Shown in pieces: positions 36,861 to 46,330 of a stretch of DNA of 64,000 nt. Location of the stretch: IMG/VR virus record IMGVR_UViG_3300037140_000076, positions 1 to 64,000 of that record. One strand, given 5' to 3'. The stretch's first letter is position 1; each line of letters opens with the position of its first letter. The notes beneath the pieces were generated by a model. That model worked only from the letters and a program-made list of their open reading frames with translations. It made no database searches and was not told where the DNA came from. Source of the DNA: a virus. The position numbers and the translations under genes were made by a program.

Positions 36861-37460
36861 TTAAGGAATATAAAGAATTGTTCCGTTATCTTTTTGTACA
36901 TCTTCTGCGAATAATTTCCGCGCTTCCTGGAGGTTAAACGGAGCACATATAATATGAAATCCATTTTTAGTAGGCACAACCCCAAATATTTCATCATCTC
37001 CTCTCTTAGCCTGTTTATGTAAACCTGTAATAATAAATATTAACTCATTAACATACTCCGGATCTTTACTATCTACATCTACAACCCACTTCTTATTTAT
37101 TTCTGAACTACACGTTCCAGCAGCCGCCCAGAAAGCCTTTTTAACAGCCTTATAATTCCGGCTTATAATATAATCAACTGTTAACTTTAAAGCCTGTAAA
37201 CCGACTCTCTCAAGGTCCCGGACGTTAAGATTAAGATATGCCCTGGCATTATTCCTTACACAGATTGCCATAATATGGGCCATCTTCTGCCCCAGGTCAA
37301 CCGGACCATAAATGCACATCTGATCAATAACTTCCATATCCTTATCCATAGTGGGATTATCCTTTCTCCTTTTTAGTATCTGAAGAAGGTAGAAGGAATT
37401 TTTTACATGTGTATCGGTAGAAACAAATGGTAAAAGTAAGTCAAAATTATTTATAGACAT
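36861..37460 (-). CDS. Phage protein with AEP (primase-polymerase)-like motifs
   Basis: WVVDVD (motif I hhhDhD) and PTKNGFH (motif II GxH). Confidence 0.5.
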   Translation of the reverse strand: MSINNFDLLLPFVSTDTHVKNSFYLLQILKRRKDNPTMDKDMEVIDQMCIYGPVDLGQKMAHIMAICVRNNARAYLNLNVRDLERVGLQALKLTVDYIISRNYKAVKKAFWAAAGTCSSEINKKWVVDVDSKDPEYVNELIFIITGLHKQAKRGDDEIFGVVPTKNGFHIICAPFNLQEARKLFAEDVQKDNGTILYIP

Positions 37461-37462
37461 TT

Positions 37463-37735
37463 TTATTTATTAATAAACATTAAGTAATCGTAATTTTTAT
37501 TCTCAGCCCATCGTATTAGTCTTACTAATATATTAGATTCTATAGTTGGTGTAGTAAAAGTAAACAAAGCATCCGTTCTTACCAAATAATAATTGTTTCT
37601 TTTAATTCCTATTTTATGGGAGGGGGAGGTAAGTCTGTCCAGGAATGGTAAACCTAAGTGTCCTTTGAACTTTGAAATCTCTAATTGAGCAAAGCGGAGG
37701 GGGAGATTTTCAGGAGCGTTTACAACAATAGCCAT
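37463..37735 (-). CDS. Hypothetical protein
   Basis: Coupled ORF in the operon. Confidence 0.5.
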   Translation of the reverse strand: MAIVVNAPENLPLRFAQLEISKFKGHLGLPFLDRLTSPSHKIGIKRNNYYLVRTDALFTFTTPTIESNILVRLIRWAENKNYDYLMFINK

Positions 37736-38421
37736 TAGTTTGTATTTTCATTGTGATGATCAACTCCACCCAGGGGAATTCTCTTTTTCATTATTTCGGC
37801 AATCTCATCAAAGTGATATGGACGGAATTTTGGATGAGCATCTACACCAATATCCATGCATTTGAATTTACAGTCTTCTGGTAGACCCGCCATTTCCCAA
37901 TAAAATTCTTCATTTTCATCACGAGAAAATCTATGGTAATCAGATAGTGTTCCATGACTATGGCCGTATAAATTCCAGTTACCATGATGACCCTTACCCC
38001 ACACCCTCTGAGAGAAATGAGACAAACACATTGATTGACCACCAATTTTCTTATTCATGATATATTGGTTCACTGAAGCAAAAAGACTTTGAATATTAAG
38101 TAATTCAGGCATCTTTATTTGAACTAGTTTATTATTTGCAATATGATGATCATGATTGCCCAGGACCAAATGAATTGTTTTGCAATTAATTTGTTTACGG
38201 AAATTCCAGATCTGATCAATCCCGCCAAAACTCCAATCCCCAAGGTGATAAAGAATATCATTTTCCTTTACAGTCTTATTGATATTTTCAACCAGGCGAA
38301 CGTCATGTTCTTCCAGAGTATCAAGATCCCTACACCTAGATAGATCTGTCCATTCAGAAGTTCCACGCACAATGTTTTTGTGGTGGAAGTGTGTATCACT
38401 TGTAAAAAAAGTACTTGTCAT
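37735..38421 (-). CDS. Calcineurin-like metallophosphoesterase
   Basis: TSDTHF.H, HLGD, LGNHD, LSHF, LYGHSHG, DIGVD. Confidence 0.9.
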   Translation of the reverse strand: MTSTFFTSDTHFHHKNIVRGTSEWTDLSRCRDLDTLEEHDVRLVENINKTVKENDILYHLGDWSFGGIDQIWNFRKQINCKTIHLVLGNHDHHIANNKLVQIKMPELLNIQSLFASVNQYIMNKKIGGQSMCLSHFSQRVWGKGHHGNWNLYGHSHGTLSDYHRFSRDENEEFYWEMAGLPEDCKFKCMDIGVDAHPKFRPYHFDEIAEIMKKRIPLGGVDHHNENTN

Positions 38422-38860
38422 AATTACGTTGATTTATTTTATCAAATCTTTTTTTCATGTCTTTAATAATTCCATGCGGAACGTGTCTGCCGGTTAGTAT
38501 CCTTCTCTTAACCTCCCTTACTCTACAAAGCCATAAAGGAGTATTGAAAAATATTATTTTAAGTATAAAATCAGCTTCAGGAAACTGTTTTACGTATCCA
38601 TCCAGGTGGGCAGCATCAACATTTGTTTTATCAATAATAATATTATGTTTAAGATGTATTGATGCTCCTAATAAATGATCCCAACATTTAGTGACTTTTT
38701 TCTCGTCATTGCTATTCTGTTTATACTCTTTACCAAACATCTTCTCCCTTATTTCATCTCTTGAAAGTATAGTAAAGAATCGTTTATCAGGGAACCTTTT
38801 AATAAAGGTTGTTTTACCACTACCTGGAGGTCCACATAAAATTAAAACTACTTTTTTCAT
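38396..38860 (-). CDS. Polynucleotide kinase-like P-loop kinase (AAA_33)
   Basis: ILCGPPGSGKTT, LSRDEIR, IIDKTN, C..R...R....R.VP. Confidence 0.85.
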   Translation of the reverse strand: MKKVVLILCGPPGSGKTTFIKRFPDKRFFTILSRDEIREKMFGKEYKQNSNDEKKVTKCWDHLLGASIHLKHNIIIDKTNVDAAHLDGYVKQFPEADFILKIIFFNTPLWLCRVREVKRRILTGRHVPHGIIKDMKKRFDKINQRNYDKYFFYK

Positions 38861-38958
38861 AATGTTATTTTTCAGATAATATATACATAATAGTACAAAA
38901 TATTATACTTAAATTTATAACCCAACTAACAATAACATATGTTTTATAACTCATAAAA

Positions 38959-40341
38959 TTAATTTTGTGTTTCTACATCAATTACTTCTGCATCTGCCTG
39001 TTTAGATTCGTGGATCAAAAAAAGTGGCGACTTAAGCTTGTATACTCTGGGATTTGGATAATCCTCAATCCGAATAACAATACCCTCTTCTATCACGTTA
39101 GAATCAAGCCAGGATGGTCTGTCAAGATAAGTCTTAATAAAATATTTTTCAAATTTATCTTTCCAAGGTTCTGGATCTCCAAGGAAATCTTCTATTGCAC
39201 AGCCTACTTGATGCACTGCAAAATTTGATACTTTTCCTTCATAATCTGTAATTACAGGATCAACTCCAATCTCCGTACATCTTTTACGGACCTGTCTCCA
39301 TGATAAATCCACTTCAACCCCCTGGGAGTTTATATGAGTGATTCTGTATACATAAACTTTAGGAATATTTAATCCATAAGAATATCCTTTTTGAATATCT
39401 ACTCCAGCGGCTAGAGGTATATATGTATTACCTGTACACCTGATTTGATATTTATCTTTTCCGATAATTTCAAAATATACAATCTCTCCTTTATGTAATT
39501 TATTTTGGAAGTTAACTTTTCCAACCATTGTCCAAAGATCATCTTCGTAAAAATGATTCTTATTCTTCAGTTCATTAAAGTTTACAGATTTTACAACGTG
39601 ACGGCTTCCTATCACATAACTATATTCTTCATCCACAACTTTCACTCCCAGTTTTTTAGCAAGTTTTTCATGCCATTTGAGTTTGCGTTTAGTAAGTGTA
39701 TGACCTATACGGGCAGAAGTACCGTGAAGTTTAATAGTGATGCTCATTTCATCCAGAAGATTGATTTTATCCAGGTTCTTAAGTAACTGAGAAGTATCAA
39801 TATGTTCAGGGAACATACGGGAATCAATGATCTCATCCAATACCTTATTTGATTTCATTGTACCAGGTCCAGAAGATTTGACAGGAACAATATATTTTTT
39901 ACAAATAAAAATTCCGTCAATTTCATTAAACTCCTGTCCAGCTTTAAGACCATATACTATTTTATTAACACCTCCTGAAGCACCTGGAATAACATTTGCT
40001 AGAGAACCAATAGGCATTACAACTCCTGTAGATTTATTGCCTTTAAATTTTATTGCTTTGACTCTTCCATTATCCTCAAAATATCCTTTTGATTTCTGAT
40101 CTTCATTTAGATTAGAATTCCGATAAAGATTATTACCCTTAAGGTAAGCTTCACTAAGTTGAGTTTCTGACGGAAAGAATATATAAAGATCCCCCAGAGG
40201 ATACTTCTTTGGAATTATACACGTATTACCAAACACCGAAGTCCCAACTACATTATCTAAGCCAGGGAGGGAGAATGTAGTTGTTACCTTAACTACTGTA
40301 CCAGTGTAGTTTTTTGAGTCTTCATAAATTTTTAGTGACAT
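38959..40341 (-). CDS. ATP-dependent RNA ligase (Rnl2/DRB0094-like, with N-terminal OB-like domain)
   Basis: ITIKLHGTS (motif I Lys), GSR, YFEIIG, YVYRI, EEGIVIR, YKLKS. Confidence 0.85.
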   Translation of the reverse strand: MSLKIYEDSKNYTGTVVKVTTTFSLPGLDNVVGTSVFGNTCIIPKKYPLGDLYIFFPSETQLSEAYLKGNNLYRNSNLNEDQKSKGYFEDNGRVKAIKFKGNKSTGVVMPIGSLANVIPGASGGVNKIVYGLKAGQEFNEIDGIFICKKYIVPVKSSGPGTMKSNKVLDEIIDSRMFPEHIDTSQLLKNLDKINLLDEMSITIKLHGTSARIGHTLTKRKLKWHEKLAKKLGVKVVDEEYSYVIGSRHVVKSVNFNELKNKNHFYEDDLWTMVGKVNFQNKLHKGEIVYFEIIGKDKYQIRCTGNTYIPLAAGVDIQKGYSYGLNIPKVYVYRITHINSQGVEVDLSWRQVRKRCTEIGVDPVITDYEGKVSNFAVHQVGCAIEDFLGDPEPWKDKFEKYFIKTYLDRPSWLDSNVIEEGIVIRIEDYPNPRVYKLKSPLFLIHESKQADAEVIDVETQN

Positions 40342-40359
40342 TTTGTTTATTTTAGTTTT

Positions 40360-40707
40360 TTAATTAGGTCCGTGTAGTGGACACTTTAGATCAATCCATT
40401 GTATCTCAGGAAAAGCATCATCATTATCGCTTTTAGGACAGGTGCATTTAGGCCATAAATAAGATCTATGTCTAATTGCATTAGGTTCAAATCCCCATAA
40501 CATTTGAAGTTCAAATTCAACCTGGGTTAATTGATTGAATAGAATTTTCATAAACGTTCTATTCTTTGTTTTAACTAAAAGAGTAAAAAGATCATATCGC
40601 TCCTTATGTAATGCAACAATCTGACTTACCGTATCAAAATCAAGTTTTCGTTCTCTAATAAGATCTGCATTAACTCCCAATCTATGACCACGATGAGTGA
40701 ACCACAT
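40360..40707 (-). CDS. Hypothetical protein, possible Zn-binding
   Basis: CTCPK.DN...CPLHG. Confidence 0.55.
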   Translation of the reverse strand: MWFTHRGHRLGVNADLIRERKLDFDTVSQIVALHKERYDLFTLLVKTKNRTFMKILFNQLTQVEFELQMLWGFEPNAIRHRSYLWPKCTCPKSDNDDAFPEIQWIDLKCPLHGPN

Positions 40708-40709
40708 AA

Positions 40710-41573
40710 TTAAAATTTTAATTCTTTTAGAGATTTGATCCTTTTAAAACCAACATCGTAACGCTGGTTGTGTGGACCATCCATTAGAAAACAACATATA
40801 CCAGCCCGGTTTAACTCCTCAAAATTATCATAGCGATCATCCACAAAAATATCTATACCGGCCTTCTTTATAACATCAATCTTTGATTCTCCTACAGGGA
40901 CCGTAATAACGGGTCTCAGAGGGAATCCGTGAATTCTAAGCCACTCCATTGTTATTTCCGTTGGTATTGGTCTTGAAGTCACGTAAGCATGAGGCTCAAA
41001 ATGAATATCTTCAGGTTTAATCCGGGGTTTAAGTCCCAGGTAAAAGTCATTTAAAATTCCGTCTCTTTTCATTTGTTCAAAACGTTCCGGGATCTTATAA
41101 TCAAAGAACCAGGCGGTTGGGGTATCAATACTCCAATATTTACACCAGTCACCAACCCAATCACAAATCACCTCATCTATATCAAGTCCAATTTTGGGTT
41201 TAGGAATAACATTTATAAGGCGGTCATCTCCTTGAGGAAACCACTTATAGTAGGATACCAAGGCAAGACAGTTCCAGGCAGCATGGGCCATGTGATATAG
41301 ACCAGTATGATTAACACAGGTCCCGGCCTGACAATCTTTACACTCCGGATCATAATCAAAATCTTCACCCCTCTCAAACGCATTTATATGCCTTTTAAGA
41401 GAAGCAACACATTTAGACCACTTCATACCATGAAGCCAGTTATGAGGGGGTTTTGGGTACTTAATTTGACCCTTGGTAAACACTTTAGCCACTTCGTTAA
41501 TAGAGAATGGTTCGAAAAGATCATGGCGTGTTTTAGAATCATTAAGACGACCGCCTGTGCCTAATTCACTCAT
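40710..41573 (-). CDS. dATP/dGTP diphosphohydrolase-like (DUF5664) domain fused to a HAD-like 5'(3')-deoxyribonucleotidase
   Basis: K.RHDL...VF..G..KY..NW..G......S..RH......GED...GL.H.AHA.WN; then GLDIDEV, TSR, FVDD, PHN. Confidence 0.8.
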   Translation of the reverse strand: MSELGTGGRLNDSKTRHDLFEPFSINEVAKVFTKGQIKYPKPPHNWLHGMKWSKCVASLKRHINAFERGEDFDYDPECKDCQAGTCVNHTGLYHMAHAAWNCLALVSYYKWFPQGDDRLINVIPKPKIGLDIDEVICDWVGDWCKYWSIDTPTAWFFDYKIPERFEQMKRDGILNDFYLGLKPRIKPEDIHFEPHAYVTSRPIPTEITMEWLRIHGFPLRPVITVPVGESKIDVIKKAGIDIFVDDRYDNFEELNRAGICCFLMDGPHNQRYDVGFKRIKSLKELKF

Positions 41574-41836
41574 AATTTATAATTTTTTATTATTTGTTCC
41601 ATCCTCTTATTTTGCTCTACAAGATCAGAATGAGATTTTATTTTTTTAAATTCTTCTGCTGTATAATCGTGATGCATTCCAAATCCAAACATCATATTAT
41701 CAAAATATTTTTTTATTTCCTGACTGATCTTTAAGTCCATATATTCCCTGTTCCTGCGCTTAGTACTGTTCAAAGATATGTATATTAAATAACAATTACC
41801 AATAAAAGCCAGGGTTAAAAATATAAAAGCTTTCAT
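41570..41836 (-). CDS. Hypothetical membrane-anchored protein
   Basis: N-terminal hydrophobic helix. Confidence 0.5.
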   Translation of the reverse strand: MKAFIFLTLAFIGNCYLIYISLNSTKRRNREYMDLKISQEIKKYFDNMMFGFGMHHDYTAEEFKKIKSHSDLVEQNKRMEQIIKNYKL

Positions 41837-41845
41837 AAAATGAAA

Positions 41846-42691
41846 TTAAAAAGGTAAATCGTCCGGTTCATTAGAAGGTTTCCAATTATAGGACTTAGGC
41901 TGTTCTTTTAGGTTCCTTGGAGGGAGGTGGGTGATTTTTAAGCTTTCTTTGGGTTTAAAAGCGTGTTTTGTCTGTTCTGCCCGGATAAGGTCCTTTACCT
42001 GGGTGGGGAAGTTTTCCTTCAAGATCCATCCAGCATAATTAATATCATCAATAACCCTTACTCCCTTTGCCTTTCCAAAATTAAATATCAAAAATCCTTT
42101 GTCGTCTCGTTTTAATTTATTATAGAGATCAACCATTTCCTTGGTATCTGAAAGATCGTATAGGTCTACATCCTTCCATTCAACACAGTCTTCTACTATT
42201 TTATCCTGGCAGTTAAATATAAGTTCTGTAGCTTCAACATCCTTCATTGCATCATGAGCACCTTCCAGGATCTCTCCTGAATATCTTTCATAAGTCTTTG
42301 CTAGAGCGTTTGAATTAAGTTTCTTTTCTATATTAAGCACATCCAAAAACTTTCCTGATAAATCAACTTCAACCTTGGCCCTGGCAAACTCAGCCATAAG
42401 CAAAGGAACATCAAAGCGCATGATATTATATCCGATTATAATTTTGTTTTCAAAAAGCTTTTTTAATTTCTTTGCATCTTCAGAAAACAAGGGACAATCT
42501 TTCACATCGTCATCACTGATCCCATGAGCTTCAAATGCAGAGTCTGAGATGGGGATTTCGGGGTTGTAGAGTTTGGATTTGTTTACCAGGATGGAGCCAT
42601 CCTCCTTAACTACTTTTATAGCAAGCTGTATAATCCGGTCCGTTTCGGTGGAAAGACCTGTGCTCTCAATATCAAAGAAAAGCTTATCCAT
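41846..42691 (-). CDS. DEDDh 3'-5' exonuclease (DnaQ/ExoX-like)
   Basis: FDIESTG, HGI, GYN..RFD, AHDA..D; FNFGK.KG; C-terminal DDLPF. Confidence 0.9.
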   Translation of the reverse strand: MDKLFFDIESTGLSTETDRIIQLAIKVVKEDGSILVNKSKLYNPEIPISDSAFEAHGISDDDVKDCPLFSEDAKKLKKLFENKIIIGYNIMRFDVPLLMAEFARAKVEVDLSGKFLDVLNIEKKLNSNALAKTYERYSGEILEGAHDAMKDVEATELIFNCQDKIVEDCVEWKDVDLYDLSDTKEMVDLYNKLKRDDKGFLIFNFGKAKGVRVIDDINYAGWILKENFPTQVKDLIRAEQTKHAFKPKESLKITHLPPRNLKEQPKSYNWKPSNEPDDLPF

Positions 42692-42698
42692 AATTTAA

Positions 42699-43001
42699 TT
42701 ATTTAGTCATTAACCCAATATATTTAATTGGTCTTTTCTTTTCATCAAGATATGCTACATGAATGGTTGCTACTAGATCTGAAGTAATTACTTCATACCC
42801 CTTTATCCAAAATAGTTTATCTCCAAGCCAGGTAGGACTACTAATAGATGTATCAATACATATTATTATTTGAGGTATTGTATCAAATCTTACTTGACCC
42901 TTTGCTGATAACATTGCACAAAACATAAACCATAACCATAATATAACATATGTTATAGCGGCTCCTTTTAAATTTCTTTTAAATCCCATACTCTTAGTCA
43001 T
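42699..43001 (-). CDS. Hypothetical protein with signal/TM segment
   Basis: Hydrophobic N-region ending AKG-Q. Confidence 0.5.
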   Translation of the reverse strand: MTKSMGFKRNLKGAAITYVILWLWFMFCAMLSAKGQVRFDTIPQIIICIDTSISSPTWLGDKLFWIKGYEVITSDLVATIHVAYLDEKKRPIKYIGLMTK

Positions 43002-43183
43002 AGTTGTTTATTTTCTATTTCAGTTAATCTATTACACATTGTTTCCCACTCCCCTCCGGTCTCTTCATCCCTTACAGTACAAAAGTATTTTCCCTTCCTT
43101 ACAAGGGTAACGGTACCTCCATTATTGAATTCATTGTCAATAATATACTGTTTTCCGTCTACAAGATCTATTTCTTTTACCAT
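42998..43183 (-). CDS. Small hypothetical protein (SH3-like beta)
   Basis: Coupled 61 aa ORF. Confidence 0.5.
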   Translation of the reverse strand: MVKEIDLVDGKQYIIDNEFNNGGTVTLVRKGKYFCTVRDEETGGEWETMCNRLTEIENKQL

Positions 43184-43524
43184 TGTTCTTCAGTTTGTAA
43201 AGCTTTAAATTTATCTATTTCGTGATACTTTTTAATATTGTCTCTTAATGACATTTTTTGAATGTTCCAAATATGATACCCTGCTTCATTATGTATACGG
43301 TCTATTGAATCTCCCATACCTGGTTGAAAATCATTTTTCATACACCATGCTCTAAATTCAGGAAGAGTTATAGTAAAATCTTTTGGACGTTGTTTAGCTC
43401 TATCCTTTAGATTCTGCCAAATATATTTAATTGGGTCCAGGTCTCTTCTTTTCCTGGAGCGGCAAGTTGCACTATGGGCGTTGTCCTTACATTTTTCAGT
43501 ACAATGATCGGTACGGTATTGCAT
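43177..43524 (-). CDS. HNH-like endonuclease-related protein
   Basis: AKQR...FTIT...SIDRIHNEAGY...NI......N. Confidence 0.6.
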   Translation of the reverse strand: MQYRTDHCTEKCKDNAHSATCRSRKRRDLDPIKYIWQNLKDRAKQRPKDFTITLPEFRAWCMKNDFQPGMGDSIDRIHNEAGYHIWNIQKMSLRDNIKKYHEIDKFKALQTEEQW

Positions 43525-43528
43525 ATAA

Positions 43529-44671
43529 TCATCTTTTAGAAAACACTTCTACAGCTATAAAGCCGTTTAAATAGTGACTGCGGGGCCTTTCCCATTGATT
43601 GGTATCAATATGCCAGGCAATCTCTTCCAGGGTCTGTTCCCATCCCGTTATCCTTGTTCCTTCCATGCCGGATCTCTTTATCTGAAGGTCTGAGCCTTTG
43701 TAACCATACAGATACGGAATCTTTTCCTGGTCATCAATAACCACGTTAAGAGGATTCATTATACTATAATCACTATATTGTCCTTTTTTATATGTCTTGA
43801 TCCAGGCATGTAAAAGGAAATCGTAGATACTATGTTGTAGGGGATAATCAAATCTCCGTATTGCATCAGGGAAAAGGAAAGTATTGTTTGTATATTTTAA
43901 ATCCACTTCCCGGATCTCCTTGCGTTTGTGATTGATATGTATAATATCAAGCATTCCTTTCATAGGTAAGAGTTCAAGATTATCAAGACCACTTAATTCA
44001 AATTCAGTAAAAATCTGTTGCTGAAACAGGACTTCACAATCCTTCTTAGCAATAAAGAATCCCCGGCTAATTGGATCGGTCTTCAATATTTCTGCAAGTT
44101 CTTTTGCCAGGGCGAGTTGATCAGAGTCTATTACGATCTTATTTCCTACCTTAGTAAGGAAATCAAAGAATTCTGATCCGCTCTTTACTACATCATTATA
44201 TCCCCGTTCTAAATTATTTACCCAGAATTCATGTTCTGTACAAAACTTCTTTACAATATCTTTATTTTCTGTAAGATCATACTTTTTAATTCGAACGATC
44301 TTAGCTATTTCATCAGGATACAGATTTCCATCTTGTGCATCTCTATTTCTGATCTCTACATCAGTCTTATCATTAAGTTCCTTAGCATTCTTATTAAGCT
44401 CAGTAATATGATCAAAAACCGACCTGGTTATAAGAACAATATTATCTGAAGGTTTTGCTACCTCAGAGAGGATAAACCTCTTTTCAAAGAGTTCGGGATT
44501 AAAGATAAGAGTATCTAGTAGGTTACCGAATTCCATCTCCTCAGATGTCGTTTTTGGACGAATGTTTAGTATCCATTTATTATACCAGGCTTTGGGGCTT
44601 AGTATTCGCCAATCTTTAATAGAGGATTGCGAAATTGCGAATTTATTTTTGTATTCTGAGGGTTGTGACAT
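43529..44671 (-). CDS. PD-(D/E)XK exonuclease (RecE/exo VIII-like)
   Basis: ISQSSIK, FGNLLD, LFQQQI, KGMLDII, VDLKYT, Y..Q..IY. Confidence 0.7.
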   Translation of the reverse strand: MSQPSEYKNKFAISQSSIKDWRILSPKAWYNKWILNIRPKTTSEEMEFGNLLDTLIFNPELFEKRFILSEVAKPSDNIVLITRSVFDHITELNKNAKELNDKTDVEIRNRDAQDGNLYPDEIAKIVRIKKYDLTENKDIVKKFCTEHEFWVNNLERGYNDVVKSGSEFFDFLTKVGNKIVIDSDQLALAKELAEILKTDPISRGFFIAKKDCEVLFQQQIFTEFELSGLDNLELLPMKGMLDIIHINHKRKEIREVDLKYTNNTFLFPDAIRRFDYPLQHSIYDFLLHAWIKTYKKGQYSDYSIMNPLNVVIDDQEKIPYLYGYKGSDLQIKRSGMEGTRITGWEQTLEEIAWHIDTNQWERPRSHYLNGFIAVEVFSKR

Positions 44672-45257
44672 TTAAAAATTCATTTAATGATTTAGGAATG
44701 TATTTTGTTTTCCACTGTCCGGTTCTAGGATTCTTTTTATATTTGAAATCAGGAATTGCTTCCTGGGGCATGAACGTTCCTTCAAACAGGTCTTCAGGAA
44801 TAATCAAATCTACAAATATATTTTTAATAGACCAAATTACTTTTTGTATAACACTAAAACGTGCTGTTTTTCCATGTTGATCAAAGGTCGGTTTAATTTC
44901 AGCATATGTAACTCTTCGAAACTCATATTCGTATGATCCAAAGAACCAGCTTTTCGGATTAATATTACCTTCTATTAAAGAGACAAATTTATTCCATCCA
45001 TTGTCCGTCCATTTTATCATGAAGTCGGGAGTATAAGTTAGATCGTTTAAAAGAGTAAAGTTTTTGACTTCTTTTTTTTCTTTTGTCTTTAATTGTGTGG
45101 TCCGTGTATAAAGAAATTTTACTGGATCAAGAATTTGCATCGGAGTATTAATTTTATACCATTCCTGAATGAATTCAGCTTGTTTAAGTTCTTCTAACCA
45201 CATAGCAAACCATACCTCTTCTCGACTATCGAATATAATATTTTTATAAGTTTCCAT
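44643..45257 (-). CDS. PD-(D/E)XK endonuclease (DUF1064-like)
   Basis: FDSREE, YTPDF, AEIKP; start set at ATG 45257. Confidence 0.6.
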   Translation of the reverse strand: METYKNIIFDSREEVWFAMWLEELKQAEFIQEWYKINTPMQILDPVKFLYTRTTQLKTKEKKEVKNFTLLNDLTYTPDFMIKWTDNGWNKFVSLIEGNINPKSWFFGSYEYEFRRVTYAEIKPTFDQHGKTARFSVIQKVIWSIKNIFVDLIIPEDLFEGTFMPQEAIPDFKYKKNPRTGQWKTKYIPKSLNEFLNVTTLRIQK

Positions 45258-45262
45258 ATATT

Positions 45263-45760
45263 TTAATATTTCCAAATAAAACCCCCTGCTGTGTTTCTTT
45301 TTCCTTTTGCACAATAACTAATATTAACACCGTGTATTTTTGTTTTTTTGGCCGCTTCTGTTATTGATTTATATATTTTTATTAATTTTCCTGAGATACT
45401 GTATTGTTTTATTTTTATAGGTGGACCATATTGTATTTTAAGGACATTCATTGCATGTTTTTTATTTTCTGAATCAGTTACCCATTCCAAATTCCAATCA
45501 TTATTATTCAATTTATTTCCATCTTTATGATTAACGTAAGGTTTATTTTCTGGGTTTGGGATAAAAGTCAAAGCAACTAAACGATTAATTCTTTTATTAT
45601 ATGATTTATTATTTTTCCATAATAAAGTATTATAATAACCTCCTGTTTTTAGTTCAAATGCTTTTAATTTATTTCTTTTTATAGATTTAACTTGTCCAGT
45701 AGTACTAACTTTATATAATCCTTCATATCCTTCTATATCTTTCCAAACCTCTAAATTCAT
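45263..45760 (-). CDS. NUMOD4-HNH homing endonuclease
   Basis: EVWKDIEGYEGLYKVS, RLVA..F, VNHKDGNKLNN...NLEW.T..EN..HA. Confidence 0.9.
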   Translation of the reverse strand: MNLEVWKDIEGYEGLYKVSTTGQVKSIKRNKLKAFELKTGGYYNTLLWKNNKSYNKRINRLVALTFIPNPENKPYVNHKDGNKLNNNDWNLEWVTDSENKKHAMNVLKIQYGPPIKIKQYSISGKLIKIYKSITEAAKKTKIHGVNISYCAKGKRNTAGGFIWKY

Positions 45761-45993
45761 AAATCATTTTGTGTTAAGAGAGCACCATAAAATTCCTGAA
45801 AATTGTCATCAAATTTTTTGATCTCATTTTTGTCAACCCCTCTTCTTTGAAGTTCATCAAGGACCCACATAGCAAACCTATATTTTTCATGATAAACAGC
45901 AATACCATAAAACGTAACAAGGACTTCTGCGGGGGTGTTTACAATTTCAGCTTCTACACTTTTTCTTGTTAAGAGAAATGGTTCCTGGCTCAT
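45757..45993 (-). CDS. Hypothetical protein
   Basis: Coupled ORF. Confidence 0.5.
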   Translation of the reverse strand: MSQEPFLLTRKSVEAEIVNTPAEVLVTFYGIAVYHEKYRFAMWVLDELQRRGVDKNEIKKFDDNFQEFYGALLTQNDL

Positions 45994-45997
45994 TTGA

Positions 45998-46330
45998 TTA
46001 TTGTTTATAGTTCCATAATATATCTTTATATCTGATCAACAGATATATGACCCCGCGAATATTTAATTGACGACCTGCTTCTTCTCCCCATAAAATGTGA
46101 TCTCCGAGTTTATACTTAACCGGTTTACCATCGGAGCGATCTCCAAGTCTTACTACTATACCTGTATCAGGTTTTTCCACGCTCATGTCTGGTAAATAAA
46201 TACCCCCTTCTGATTTGTTATTTCCTTCATCTTGAAGTACTAAAAGGCTATCATCAGGAGCATCACCCAAATTATCAGGAATAACAATAAAATTTTCATC
46301 TGTAACCGGTTTTTTATATGCTTTTTTCAT
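45998..46330 (-). CDS. groES: Co-chaperonin GroES (Cpn10)-like
   Basis: KSEGGIYLP...EKP.TG.VV..G...VK.GD.IL....AG..L...G..YL......DIL. Confidence 0.8.
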   Translation of the reverse strand: MKKAYKKPVTDENFIVIPDNLGDAPDDSLLVLQDEGNNKSEGGIYLPDMSVEKPDTGIVVRLGDRSDGKPVKYKLGDHILWGEEAGRQLNIRGVIYLLIRYKDILWNYKQ

